A DNA stretch of 64,000 nt from an uncultured Pseudomonadales bacterium. Lineage in GTDB: Bacteria; Pseudomonadota; Alphaproteobacteria; UBA2136; UBA6156. Where the stretch lies: contig CAZROO010000002.1 in assembly GCA_964601735.1 (NCBI GenBank), positions 61,109 through 125,108 of the forward strand, given 5' to 3'. Of the stretch, positions 25,175 to 33,045 are shown in pieces. The notes beneath the pieces were generated by a model that saw nothing but the letters and a program-made list of their open reading frames with translations, was not told the DNA's origin and did not search any database. How positions within the stretch are numbered: the stretch's first letter is position 1; each line of letters starts with the position of its first letter. Both the position numbers and the translations under genes were made by a program.

Positions 25175-26887
25175 TTAAATATTCACGTCGAGTAAACGGT
25201 CGGGCGCCACCCAGGCGGCCGGGTTGGTGGCCTGCACGGTTTCGTCGTCGGCCAGCACATCGCCACCCTGGAAACCACTATTGTTTTGCGCCTGTTGCTG
25301 TTGTTGTGATTGCTGTTGCTGCTGCGGATTCTGCTGGTTGAGCATGAAGCTCAGGCCTTCCTGTCCTAGCTTGAAGCCTGCCTGCTTGAGGCCGTCGCCG
25401 AACTGTTTGATGTCGCCAGCCAGCGCGTTGACCACGGCGGGGTCGGAAGCCGAGATCTTGCCACTGACTGTCCCATCCTTGACCGTGAGCTCGACGTGGA
25501 CTTGACCGAGTTCCGGCGGGTTGAGCTTGATGCGGATTTCGCCGCCGCCCTGGTCGATGAGGCTCTTCATCTGCACCACGGTCTGGTTGGTCACATCGTA
25601 ACGCTTGGCGAGGTCGAGTTTTTGCTGGAACTGTTCGACTTGCTGGGCGAAATCTGCCTGCTGGGCCGCGTTGGCGGTAGCAGAGGCGTTGGTACCTTGT
25701 TGTGCCGTTTGGGCCAGCAGGTCGGCACGGGCACTGAGTGTCAGATCTGGCCCGACATTGGTCTTGGTATCGCCAGCGAGTTTGTCGGTGGTGGTAACTG
25801 GCTTGGCACTGTCTTCGCCATTCCAGGTGAATTTGACGTCGCCACTGACGGGAGCCAGCACCTGGCTGTTATCGATGGCCTGCACATTGGCGGAACTGAT
25901 GATGCTGGTGTTGTCAGACATAACCGGCGCCTTAACCACAGGCTTGACGGTGGCCCCGGAGGCGTCGATGGCCACGGCGACGGCGGGCGGGGCGGCATCG
26001 GGAATGGGAGCGGCAACTTGTGGCGTAGTGTCGTCGATGCTGTCGCTGGTCTTGACCTTGTTGCCGTCGGTGGTTTTGAGACCTGCGACTTCGCGGGCGG
26101 CATCGGAAGCCGTTGAATAACTAGTGGCCTGTTTGAGGGCGTTTTGTGCGCGGGCAATGGTGGATTGAGACGTGGATGTATCGGTGGCAGATGCCGCAGT
26201 AAGGGTGAAGCTGACCGGCTGGTCGGCCTTGACCAGCGGTTGGCCGTCGGCACCGCTAAGGAATGGCGCCACATGGATGGCGATCATGAGTTGCGCCAGC
26301 GCCGACATTTGCGAATCGTCGCTGCCGAGGATGTCTGTGGCTTTGCTCAAACTGCTTTGGATAATCGTGGTAAGGCTGTCGATTTTATCACCGGGTACGC
26401 CTAGCTTTTGCAGTACCGCTTTAAGGTTGGCAGGCTGGGCCAGGTCTTGCATCGAGATGCCAAGTTGTGCAGCGGCCTGCTGAATCTGTTGCAGCGACTG
26501 GGCCAGGATTTGGGTGGATGCGGTAGGGTTGGATAATGGTGTAGCTGCTGTGCCGGTAGAATCGGCGAGTTGTACACCGGCATTTTGCAGGAGGGATTGC
26601 AGTTGCGCCAGCGGGTCGGTGGCACTGCCTGTTTGTGGGCCGGCGAGCAGGGTGGAAAGGTCTGGCGCGGAAGTCGGGGGAGTGCCGGTGGCAGCGAGGT
26701 TGGTGAAGAAATCGCTGTTTGCGGTGGTACCGGTTGGGGCGGGGGCGGTAATGCCATTGGCATCCACCAGGCCGGAGAAAAGGCCGGGCAGGGGGCTGGT
26801 GCCCGCAGGTGGTGTATCGGCGGTACCGCCGAGAACATTCGATAACCCGGCCAAAGCCGTGCTCGCAAAGCTGAATCCTGTTGTCAT
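25175..26887 (-). CDS. fliK: flagellar hook-length control protein FliK
   Basis: C-terminal Flg_hook domain IRIKLNPPELGQVHVELTVKDGTVSGKISASDP, a Gln-rich tail and a low-complexity N-terminal ruler. The start is set to ATG 26887. Upstream ATGs at 26911 and 26926 would lie inside or upstream of the promoter candidate. Confidence 0.85.
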   Translation of the reverse strand: MTTGFSFASTALAGLSNVLGGTADTPPAGTSPLPGLFSGLVDANGITAPAPTGTTANSDFFTNLAATGTPPTSAPDLSTLLAGPQTGSATDPLAQLQSLLQNAGVQLADSTGTAATPLSNPTASTQILAQSLQQIQQAAAQLGISMQDLAQPANLKAVLQKLGVPGDKIDSLTTIIQSSLSKATDILGSDDSQMSALAQLMIAIHVAPFLSGADGQPLVKADQPVSFTLTAASATDTSTSQSTIARAQNALKQATSYSTASDAAREVAGLKTTDGNKVKTSDSIDDTTPQVAAPIPDAAPPAVAVAIDASGATVKPVVKAPVMSDNTSIISSANVQAIDNSQVLAPVSGDVKFTWNGEDSAKPVTTTDKLAGDTKTNVGPDLTLSARADLLAQTAQQGTNASATANAAQQADFAQQVEQFQQKLDLAKRYDVTNQTVVQMKSLIDQGGGEIRIKLNPPELGQVHVELTVKDGTVSGKISASDPAVVNALAGDIKQFGDGLKQAGFKLGQEGLSFMLNQQNPQQQQQSQQQQQAQNNSGFQGGDVLADDETVQATNPAAWVAPDRLLDVNI

Positions 26888-26899
26888 TGGTTTTTGGTA

Positions 26900-26915
26900 T
26901 GCACAGCCCATGCCA
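26900..26915 (-). promoter_or_regulatory. candidate sigma54 (-24/-12) promoter for fliK-flgD-flgE
   Basis: Minus strand TGGCATG-GGCT-GTGCA against consensus TGGCACG-N4-TTGCA, with correct GG/GC spacing. The predicted start site is about 2 nt before ATG 26887. Confidence 0.35.
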
Positions 26916-26947
26916 AGGGAAACCAAAAGGTGTTAGACTCCAACGGC

Positions 26948-27241
26948 ATGAGTTCCAACCAGCCTAAAGCTGCCGCGCTGAAGTATGACCACGGCAAGGA
27001 TGCCGCCCCCAAGCTGGCCGCCAAGGGGCGCGGCAGCATTGCCGAAAGGATTATTGAAACCGCCAAGGCTCACGGGGTGCCGGTTCATCAGGACGCCGAT
27101 CTGGTGGAAGTGTTGGAAAAAGTGGAGATCGACACCGAGATTCCGCTGGAAGTTTATGCCGTGGTGGCGGAAGTGTTTGCCTACCTGTACAAAGTAAATA
27201 ACGAGCGGCGCGGCACGAAACCTGCAGGAATCCAGCCATGA
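26948..27241 (+). CDS. FlhB C-terminal-domain-like protein (EscU/YscU/HrcU family, YlqH-like; 97 aa)
   Basis: AAALKYDHGKDAAPKLAAKGRGSIAERIIETAKAHGVPVHQDADLVEVL...IPLEVYAVVAEVFAYLY. Trimmed to ATG 26948. Confidence 0.82.
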   Translation: MSSNQPKAAALKYDHGKDAAPKLAAKGRGSIAERIIETAKAHGVPVHQDADLVEVLEKVEIDTEIPLEVYAVVAEVFAYLYKVNNERRGTKPAGIQP

Positions 27242-27555
27242 ATGTGAACGAATGGCTTGTGCGCACAGAGCAGGCCCTGACCGCCCTGGAAAACGCCAGT
27301 CAGGCCGAGCAGGCGCAAGCCCTGGCCACGGCGGCGGTCGAACTGGGCGAGTTGAACAGGCAGTTTAGCCAACTACCGGTAGCTGCGCGGGAGCAGGTGC
27401 GGCCCCAACTGGCCCGCCTGTTGGGGCGCATTCACGCCACGACCGCGCGGCTGGAGCAGGGCCGGGCCAGTGCCGGGGAGGGCTTGAAGGGGCTGCGGCA
27501 ACATGGCGCGGCATTGAACGCCTATATGGTATCGGACGCCAAGAACCGTTCTTAA
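27238..27555 (+). CDS. hypothetical helical protein (105 aa), translationally coupled to the FlhB-like gene
   Basis: ATGA start/stop overlap. A/Q/L-rich predicted coiled coil. No family assignable. Confidence 0.55.
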   Translation: MNVNEWLVRTEQALTALENASQAEQAQALATAAVELGELNRQFSQLPVAAREQVRPQLARLLGRIHATTARLEQGRASAGEGLKGLRQHGAALNAYMVSDAKNRS

Positions 27556-27582
27556 TAAACGCTGCCAGAAAATACTGGCGGG

Positions 27583-27909
27583 GTGGCGGCAAAGCCCCTA
27601 AACTCCGGCTCGATGATGGGTTCTCATTTTCTGGCAAATTATGCGCTGGCCGTGGCCGTTACCTTTGGATTGCTGGCGGCGTTAGGCTGGCTGGCGGCCA
27701 ACTACGGCCAGCGCTTGCAGGGCTTGCCGCGTGGTGGGTTCTGGAGCAAACCAGCCGTTGGTGGAGAATTCGTGACGGTAAGCCGGTTGAATTTGACGCC
27801 ACAGCACCAGTTGCACCACATTCGTTGGAAGAACAGCGATTTGCTGATTGGCACCGGGCCGCAGGGCACGACGTTGCTGTCTTCGTCGCCCACTAAAAAA
27901 CCGAAATAG
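27583..27909 (+). CDS. fliO: flagellar biosynthesis protein FliO (probable)
   Basis: Single TM (LANYALAVAVTFGLLAALGWLAA), then VSRLNLTPQHQLHHIRWKNSDLLIGTGPQGTTLL. It sits immediately upstream of fliP. The start is GTG 27583 or ATG 27613. Confidence 0.6.
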   Translation: MAAKPLNSGSMMGSHFLANYALAVAVTFGLLAALGWLAANYGQRLQGLPRGGFWSKPAVGGEFVTVSRLNLTPQHQLHHIRWKNSDLLIGTGPQGTTLLSSSPTKKPK

Positions 27910-27924
27910 AATTCGCCCTCGGAC

Positions 27925-28725
27925 ATGAAAACAAAAACAATAATCGCCGCCGCTCTTACGCTTGTTCCCGGGCTTGCCATGCCTGCATTGGCTTTTGCGC
28001 AGAATGCGCCGCTCAACCTCAACGTGGGCTCCGACCTGCTGAGCAGCCAGCATTTGTTCCAGATTATCGCGCTGACCACGCTGCTTTCGGTGGCGCCCAG
28101 CCTGCTGTTGATGGTAACCAGCTTTACCCGGCTGGTGGTGGTGTTCTCGTTTCTACGTAGTGCGCTGGGGCTGCAAACCACGCCGCCCAATGCCGTGCTG
28201 GTGAGCCTGGCGCTGTTTCTGACCAGCTTCATCATGGCGCCCACACTGCAAACCGCTTACACTAACGGGGTGGGGCCGTATCTTGATAATAAAATCAGCG
28301 CTGAGGTGGCTTTCAACCGTAGCACCGAGCCGTTCAAGCGTTTCATGCTGGCCAATGTGCGGCAAGACGATTTGGCGCTGTTCGTGAATTTCATGGATGC
28401 CAAAACCAAGGCGGCGGTGCGCTTTCCCATGCCTAACCAGAAACCCGCCGAGCGCGAGGCTGCGATTGCCAGCATTCCGTTGCAGGCATTGATTCCGGGG
28501 TTCATGATTTCGGAATTGCGGCGCGCGTTCGAAATCGGCTTTTTGCTCTTCCTGCCGTTCCTGATTATCGACCTGACCGTGGCCAGCATTTTGATGAGCA
28601 TGGGGATGATGATGCTGCCGCCGGTGACGATTGCGCTGCCGTTCAAGGTGGTATTTTTTGTGCTGGTGGATGGTTGGCACCTACTCGCCGGGACGCTTAT
28701 CGAATCGTTCAAGCCCGCGCTTTAG
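27925..28725 (+). CDS. fliP: flagellar type III export apparatus protein FliP
   Basis: Signal peptide plus LLLMVTSFTRLVVVFSFLRSALGLQTTPPN and the GFLLFLPFLIIDL motifs. Confidence 0.95.
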   Translation: MKTKTIIAAALTLVPGLAMPALAFAQNAPLNLNVGSDLLSSQHLFQIIALTTLLSVAPSLLLMVTSFTRLVVVFSFLRSALGLQTTPPNAVLVSLALFLTSFIMAPTLQTAYTNGVGPYLDNKISAEVAFNRSTEPFKRFMLANVRQDDLALFVNFMDAKTKAAVRFPMPNQKPAEREAAIASIPLQALIPGFMISELRRAFEIGFLLFLPFLIIDLTVASILMSMGMMMLPPVTIALPFKVVFFVLVDGWHLLAGTLIESFKPAL

Positions 28726-28733
28726 GGAGAATG

Positions 28734-28759
28734 AAAAAGGCGCCATAGGCGCCTTTTTT
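28734..28759. terminator. bidirectional terminator between fliP and the convergent TPR gene
   Basis: AAAAAGGCGCC-ATA-GGCGCCTTTTTT. Confidence 0.8.
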
Positions 28760-28768
28760 GAGCTTTAG

Positions 28769-31660
28769 TTAGATGCGTGGCGGCGGGAGCAGCTCCATGT
28801 AGCGCATCTTGTCGTCGTACTGTCGGACTTCTTCGCGCTGCTCGGCAGCCTGCTTGGTTTCCTGGTTGATACGCTGGGTCAGTTGCTCGGCTGCCGCGAT
28901 GCCGCCCGCAACCTGGCCCAGCGGCTGTTGCGCCATCACCGCGCTGGGCGTGACGCCGAGCGTTCCCTCAAGCGTGCTGAACACTGCCGCACCGTTGTCT
29001 CCGCCCACGTTGGCCCACTGCTTTTGCAGTTGCTTAAGCGAAGCGACGTTGCGGTTCTCGGTGTCGGCATACGCAAGCTTGAGCACCGCCAGCGGCAGGC
29101 TACCGCTCACCGAAGAAGGATTGAGTGTGCTGACCACGGGGCGGAGCGTGCTCGCCAAAGTCTTCCAGTCCTGGTTTTGCCAGGCGACATCGGCTTTCAC
29201 TTGTCCCACCGCCGCATCATCACGGTCCTTAAGCAGCTTTTGCGCGCTGGCCAGTTGGCCAAGGTCGGCCAGGGCACGGGCGCTGGCCACCTGCCACTGC
29301 TGTTGTTGCACGGTGGTGGTCATGACTTTCTTGTAATCGTTCAGTGTGTTCAGGCTGCCGGGGGCATCGCCCGCTTCCTCCTGGGCCCGGGCCAGCAGCA
29401 GCGCCATGCGGCCCTGGGAGACAGGGTCTTTGAGCCGGTATTTGAGCAGTTGTTCGGCGATTTGCCGGGAGCGTTCCGGCAGGCCCATTTGCAGCAGAAT
29501 TTCAGCAACCCGTTCGCCGATGCGGTCGCCGCGCTCATCTGCCGGTACCAGCTCGCGGAAGTCGTAATACATGCCGACGTATTCCAGCGGGTCGTACGAG
29601 GCAGGGCTTTCGGGGTCAAAGGCCGCAACCAGCGAGGCGGTCATCTGGTCGGTGATGTCGGCCATGTCTGGCAGGTTGGGCGCGGTGTGTACCAGGTTGC
29701 GGTAGGTGGTGAGGGCTGAGCGATAATCGCGCGTTAGCACGTATTGTTTCGCCAGCGCGCGCAGCACCTGCACCTCCAACTGGTCGCCGCGCCAGTAACG
29801 TGCCAGTTCGGCGAGGTAGCGGATGTATTGCGGCTGGGCAAGTTCGCCACGGCGTTGCAGGGCTTCGACAAAAGCGAACTTGGCCTTGTAGGCGCTCTGG
29901 AGGTCGGTTTTTTGTTCGGCAGCGGCGGCCAGCAGGCGCAAGCCGGCTTTTTCGTCGCGGCTGTTGAGGCGGCTCAGGCCCCGTAGCAGTGTGAGCCGCG
30001 GCGGTACGGCCGATTCATCATCGGCATCGGTATTTTTATCGTGGGCCGCGGCTTTGTACCTGGCGGCGAGCGTGTCGGTAAAGGCGCGGGCAGCAGCGAG
30101 TTCGCCGACATCGACCAACGCAGTGGCATAGTCGAACTGCGCTATCTGGCGTAGCAGAGGCGGGTAACCGGCAAGAATATCAGGCATTTCGCCAATGGGC
30201 GCAGGCCAGGCCTTGAGGGCTTCGGCGCTGCGGCCCAGGTGGCTGAGGGTAACCGCGCGCCACATATCGACGCTGTTGCGCCAGCTGCTGTCGCCGCTGG
30301 TTTTGCGGCTATCAAGAATTTTCAGGTCGGCCAGCGCATCATCGGGGCGGTTGCTTTCAAGGAATGCCAGGGCCCGGGCAAAACGGCCGCGGGAGGAAAG
30401 CTCGGTGGCATTGGCTGCCAACGCGTTCAGGGCTTCGGGTCCACGGCCCCAGGCTACGTTGAACACCGCCAGGTCTTCGCGCATCAGTGGCTTGGTTTTG
30501 GCTGGTGCCTTGGCAACGCGGGCCAGCAGTTTTTGCATCATCGGCAGATAAGCGCCGGGGGTATCGGTGCGCGGCCAGCCAAGTGCTGTTGACGGCTGGG
30601 GCTGGTCATCCTCGGTGAGGCCCGCCTGTACGCTGGTGGGTGAGAGGGGGGCGACATTAGAAGTACTGACAGCCGTCACATGAGGCGTTTGCATGTCTGC
30701 GGGCACCGGCAGGTTCACCTTGCGGGCTTGCTCCAGGGCCACTTCCATGGCGCTCATGGCGGCGGCGCGGGCCTCGCGCCGCTTGGCTTCGGCGGCGGGC
30801 AGAACCGTGGCGCCGTCGAATACCCAGCCTTCCGGCAGCGTAAAGGCAATGGGTGTACCGGGCTGGTACATGCCGGGCAGGGCGTGGGGAAGCGCGGCCT
30901 GCAGTGGCGCCGGAATTGATGCGGAAGGTATCACGGCTGCGGTCAGGGCGGGCGCAGCAGCGGGTTTGCCTGTAACCTTGGTGACCAGTGCCTTGAGGTC
31001 TTCGACCACGGCACCCGGCGTGGCAACGCTGTGCAACGATGCGGTGCTGAAGAAGGGTACGCGCGCCACCACTTTGCCGGTGGAGAGCTTGGGCGCCGAT
31101 GCCGCGGGGGTGACGGTGTCGGTTGGCGTGGCCAAAGCCATCGCCGTGTCGGCGGCGGCCGGGTTGATGGCGAGGCCGCTGAGGCTCTCAACCCCGCCCG
31201 GCACCGGGCCCGCTGCGGGTACGACCCAGAACTTGCGGCCATCGGTGCTTTGCGCAGTAAGGACGGTCTGACCGTCAACCTTCAGCCCGTTTCTGCCGCG
31301 GCTGACATTGAGGCGCACCGGCGGCAGCTTTTGGGCGCTGCCGTTCATAACCTTCCAGCCCCAGGGTAGGATGCGCAGGCGCCAGGGCTGGGGTGTGGCT
31401 TGCGTAACTTTGACGCCGACGCCACCTTTGACGCGCAGGGTTTCGACTTTCCAGCCGGCTTTGGCGGCGACATTCTTGTCCACCATCAGCGGGCCTTGCG
31501 GTGCGATCACCCAAATTTCGTTGGCGGTGGGGCTGAAGGCCGCAAGGGTATCGCGGCTGGTGAGCGCGGGCGCGCCGTCGTCGTCTGCCGCCAGGCGCAG
31601 CTCGGCCTGCGCTTGCGTGGCGCTGAGCAGCAGGGCGAGCAAGAGCCAGAGTTTCATCAA
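28769..31660 (-). CDS. large secreted/periplasmic protein with TPR-like helical repeats (963 aa)
   Basis: Signal peptide MMKLWLLLALLLSATQAQA. The N-terminal roughly 330 aa are non-repetitive. The remainder is made of helical-hairpin repeats (e.g. GRFARALAFLESNRPDDALADLKIL, LRALAKQYVLTRDYRSALTTYRNLV). 4-nt overlap with the upstream gene. Confidence 0.8.
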   Translation of the reverse strand: MMKLWLLLALLLSATQAQAELRLAADDDGAPALTSRDTLAAFSPTANEIWVIAPQGPLMVDKNVAAKAGWKVETLRVKGGVGVKVTQATPQPWRLRILPWGWKVMNGSAQKLPPVRLNVSRGRNGLKVDGQTVLTAQSTDGRKFWVVPAAGPVPGGVESLSGLAINPAAADTAMALATPTDTVTPAASAPKLSTGKVVARVPFFSTASLHSVATPGAVVEDLKALVTKVTGKPAAAPALTAAVIPSASIPAPLQAALPHALPGMYQPGTPIAFTLPEGWVFDGATVLPAAEAKRREARAAAMSAMEVALEQARKVNLPVPADMQTPHVTAVSTSNVAPLSPTSVQAGLTEDDQPQPSTALGWPRTDTPGAYLPMMQKLLARVAKAPAKTKPLMREDLAVFNVAWGRGPEALNALAANATELSSRGRFARALAFLESNRPDDALADLKILDSRKTSGDSSWRNSVDMWRAVTLSHLGRSAEALKAWPAPIGEMPDILAGYPPLLRQIAQFDYATALVDVGELAAARAFTDTLAARYKAAAHDKNTDADDESAVPPRLTLLRGLSRLNSRDEKAGLRLLAAAAEQKTDLQSAYKAKFAFVEALQRRGELAQPQYIRYLAELARYWRGDQLEVQVLRALAKQYVLTRDYRSALTTYRNLVHTAPNLPDMADITDQMTASLVAAFDPESPASYDPLEYVGMYYDFRELVPADERGDRIGERVAEILLQMGLPERSRQIAEQLLKYRLKDPVSQGRMALLLARAQEEAGDAPGSLNTLNDYKKVMTTTVQQQQWQVASARALADLGQLASAQKLLKDRDDAAVGQVKADVAWQNQDWKTLASTLRPVVSTLNPSSVSGSLPLAVLKLAYADTENRNVASLKQLQKQWANVGGDNGAAVFSTLEGTLGVTPSAVMAQQPLGQVAGGIAAAEQLTQRINQETKQAAEQREEVRQYDDKMRYMELLPPPRI

Positions 31661-32304
31661 TCGCTTTCCTTTACCCGCAGGCTGAGCGTGGTGCCGGTAT
31701 CGCCGCCGTTGAATTGGATGCTGGTGACCGTGCTGACGCCAGCCGCGCGCAGCGCCTGCATCATGGCCAGCGCAGGTGCGGTGTTGGCCCAGTTTTGGCC
31801 GCTGACGCTGATGCTCATGGGGTTGCTCCAGTTGCGGATGACCTCGGCCAGGCGGCTGATGGCGGCGGTACCGGCGGGAGTAAGGGCGTTGCCGGTGCCG
31901 TTTTCGGTGAACAGCGATGGCGGTAACGGCAGGTTGAAACCGTTACCGAAAACGCGGCCTTCCACCATACCCCACAGCGGGTCGTTTTGCAGACGGCGTT
32001 GTAGCAGTTGCTGAAGGTAAAGGGCGCCGTCGTTTTTAACATAGGCGGGCGGCGTGATGGCGTTCATGCGGCCGCCCGGTTCCCGCTGGCCGTCGAGCAC
32101 GATGGGCCGCGAGATGAAGGCTTTATGCATGGCATTTTGTAATTGCTGCCAGCGACCCAGGTCGGGCGCTCTCATACTGAACAGCAGCACGAAAAACGCC
32201 ACCAGCACGCCAGTGAGGTCAACAAAACTCAAAATCCAGCGCGGCGGGCCGCTGACTGGCGCTGGCTTGGGCATGAGTTCTGACCAGGTGTTATTGTCGG
32301 CCAT
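31657..32304 (-). CDS. MotB-like single-pass protein with a degenerate OmpA-like C-terminus (215 aa)
   Basis: Trimmed to ATG 32304, with a GGAGGAG Shine-Dalgarno sequence. The TM segment WILSFVDLTGVLVAFFVLLF fits the MotB channel-helix pattern W-x3-(F/Y)-x-D-(F/L)-x5-AFF. The C-terminus lacks the GHTD...R peptidoglycan-binding signature. Confidence 0.75.
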   Translation of the reverse strand: MADNNTWSELMPKPAPVSGPPRWILSFVDLTGVLVAFFVLLFSMRAPDLGRWQQLQNAMHKAFISRPIVLDGQREPGGRMNAITPPAYVKNDGALYLQQLLQRRLQNDPLWGMVEGRVFGNGFNLPLPPSLFTENGTGNALTPAGTAAISRLAEVIRNWSNPMSISVSGQNWANTAPALAMMQALRAAGVSTVTSIQFNGGDTGTTLSLRVKESD

Positions 32305-32944
32305 GAACTTCTCCTCCCGCGGCATCGACGGCACCCGGCAGGCGGCCGAGATTGGCGTTGTCAGCGGTCGTGCCGTCGGGCCGGTAGATGATTTTGAGGC
32401 TGTCGCCCAGGTACAGGCCCAGCGGGGTGCCTGTTGCCACGGCGGCCAGTGCTTGCAGGCGCTGCGTGGCCAGTACGGCAGGGGTGTTATCAAGCCCCAG
32501 CCAAACCTCGGCATGCGCATGCGCCACGCTGCCGAGTTGCAGCAGGTTGGGCAGCGCCTTCTGCGCGGCTTCGGTTAGTTTGCCATCCTCAAACAGGGCC
32601 TTGAGCGGCAGTTTGACGACGAGGTCGTTGGCGTCGGCTTCCACCTCGGGTGTGGGCACCGGTAGCAGGTTGGGCACCATGCCCAACAGTTGCACGCTAA
32701 GCTGCGGTTGCCAGGCGCTGGTACCGGCATGGGGCAAAAAGGTTCCTTCTGGTTGGGCGCTGACTTCGTCGTGCGGTTGGTCGAACTGCGCAGCCATGGC
32801 GGCCAATACCAGGTCTTTACGGCCTTTGTGGCCGCTGGCCATTGAAACCAGCATGATGAAAAACGACAGCAGAATGAAATTGAGCGCCAGCAGCATGGGC
32901 GCTACCGCATTGCCACCGGGTGATTCGGGACGATCGCTGCTCAT
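32291..32944 (-). CDS. single-pass membrane protein, divergent MotB/OmpA-like (217 aa)
   Basis: TM MLLALNFILLSFFIMLVSM has Asn where MotB has Asp, with shifted spacing. The C-terminal segment VVKLPLKALFEDGKLTEAAQKALPNLLQL resembles an OmpA-like strand-helix. 14-nt overlap with the next gene. Confidence 0.65.
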   Translation of the reverse strand: MSSDRPESPGGNAVAPMLLALNFILLSFFIMLVSMASGHKGRKDLVLAAMAAQFDQPHDEVSAQPEGTFLPHAGTSAWQPQLSVQLLGMVPNLLPVPTPEVEADANDLVVKLPLKALFEDGKLTEAAQKALPNLLQLGSVAHAHAEVWLGLDNTPAVLATQRLQALAAVATGTPLGLYLGDSLKIIYRPDGTTADNANLGRLPGAVDAAGGEVHGRQ

Positions 32945-33045
32945 GCTTATTATTTTTCTCCGCTGCTACCATAGCGCAGGCGCGGGGCAACTGTCATGCA
33001 AACGCTACCCAAATGAGCCTTAAAAAAGGCACCTCGCCACCACGG

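Noticed and set aside
25224-25345. CTG/TTG-rich stretch in fliK (encoding QQQQQSQQQQQAQ) as a slipped-strand phase-variation tract
   Set aside because: The codons are a mixed, interrupted CAG/CAA series rather than a perfect repeat. Any slippage would be in-frame. It is typical low-complexity FliK sequence.
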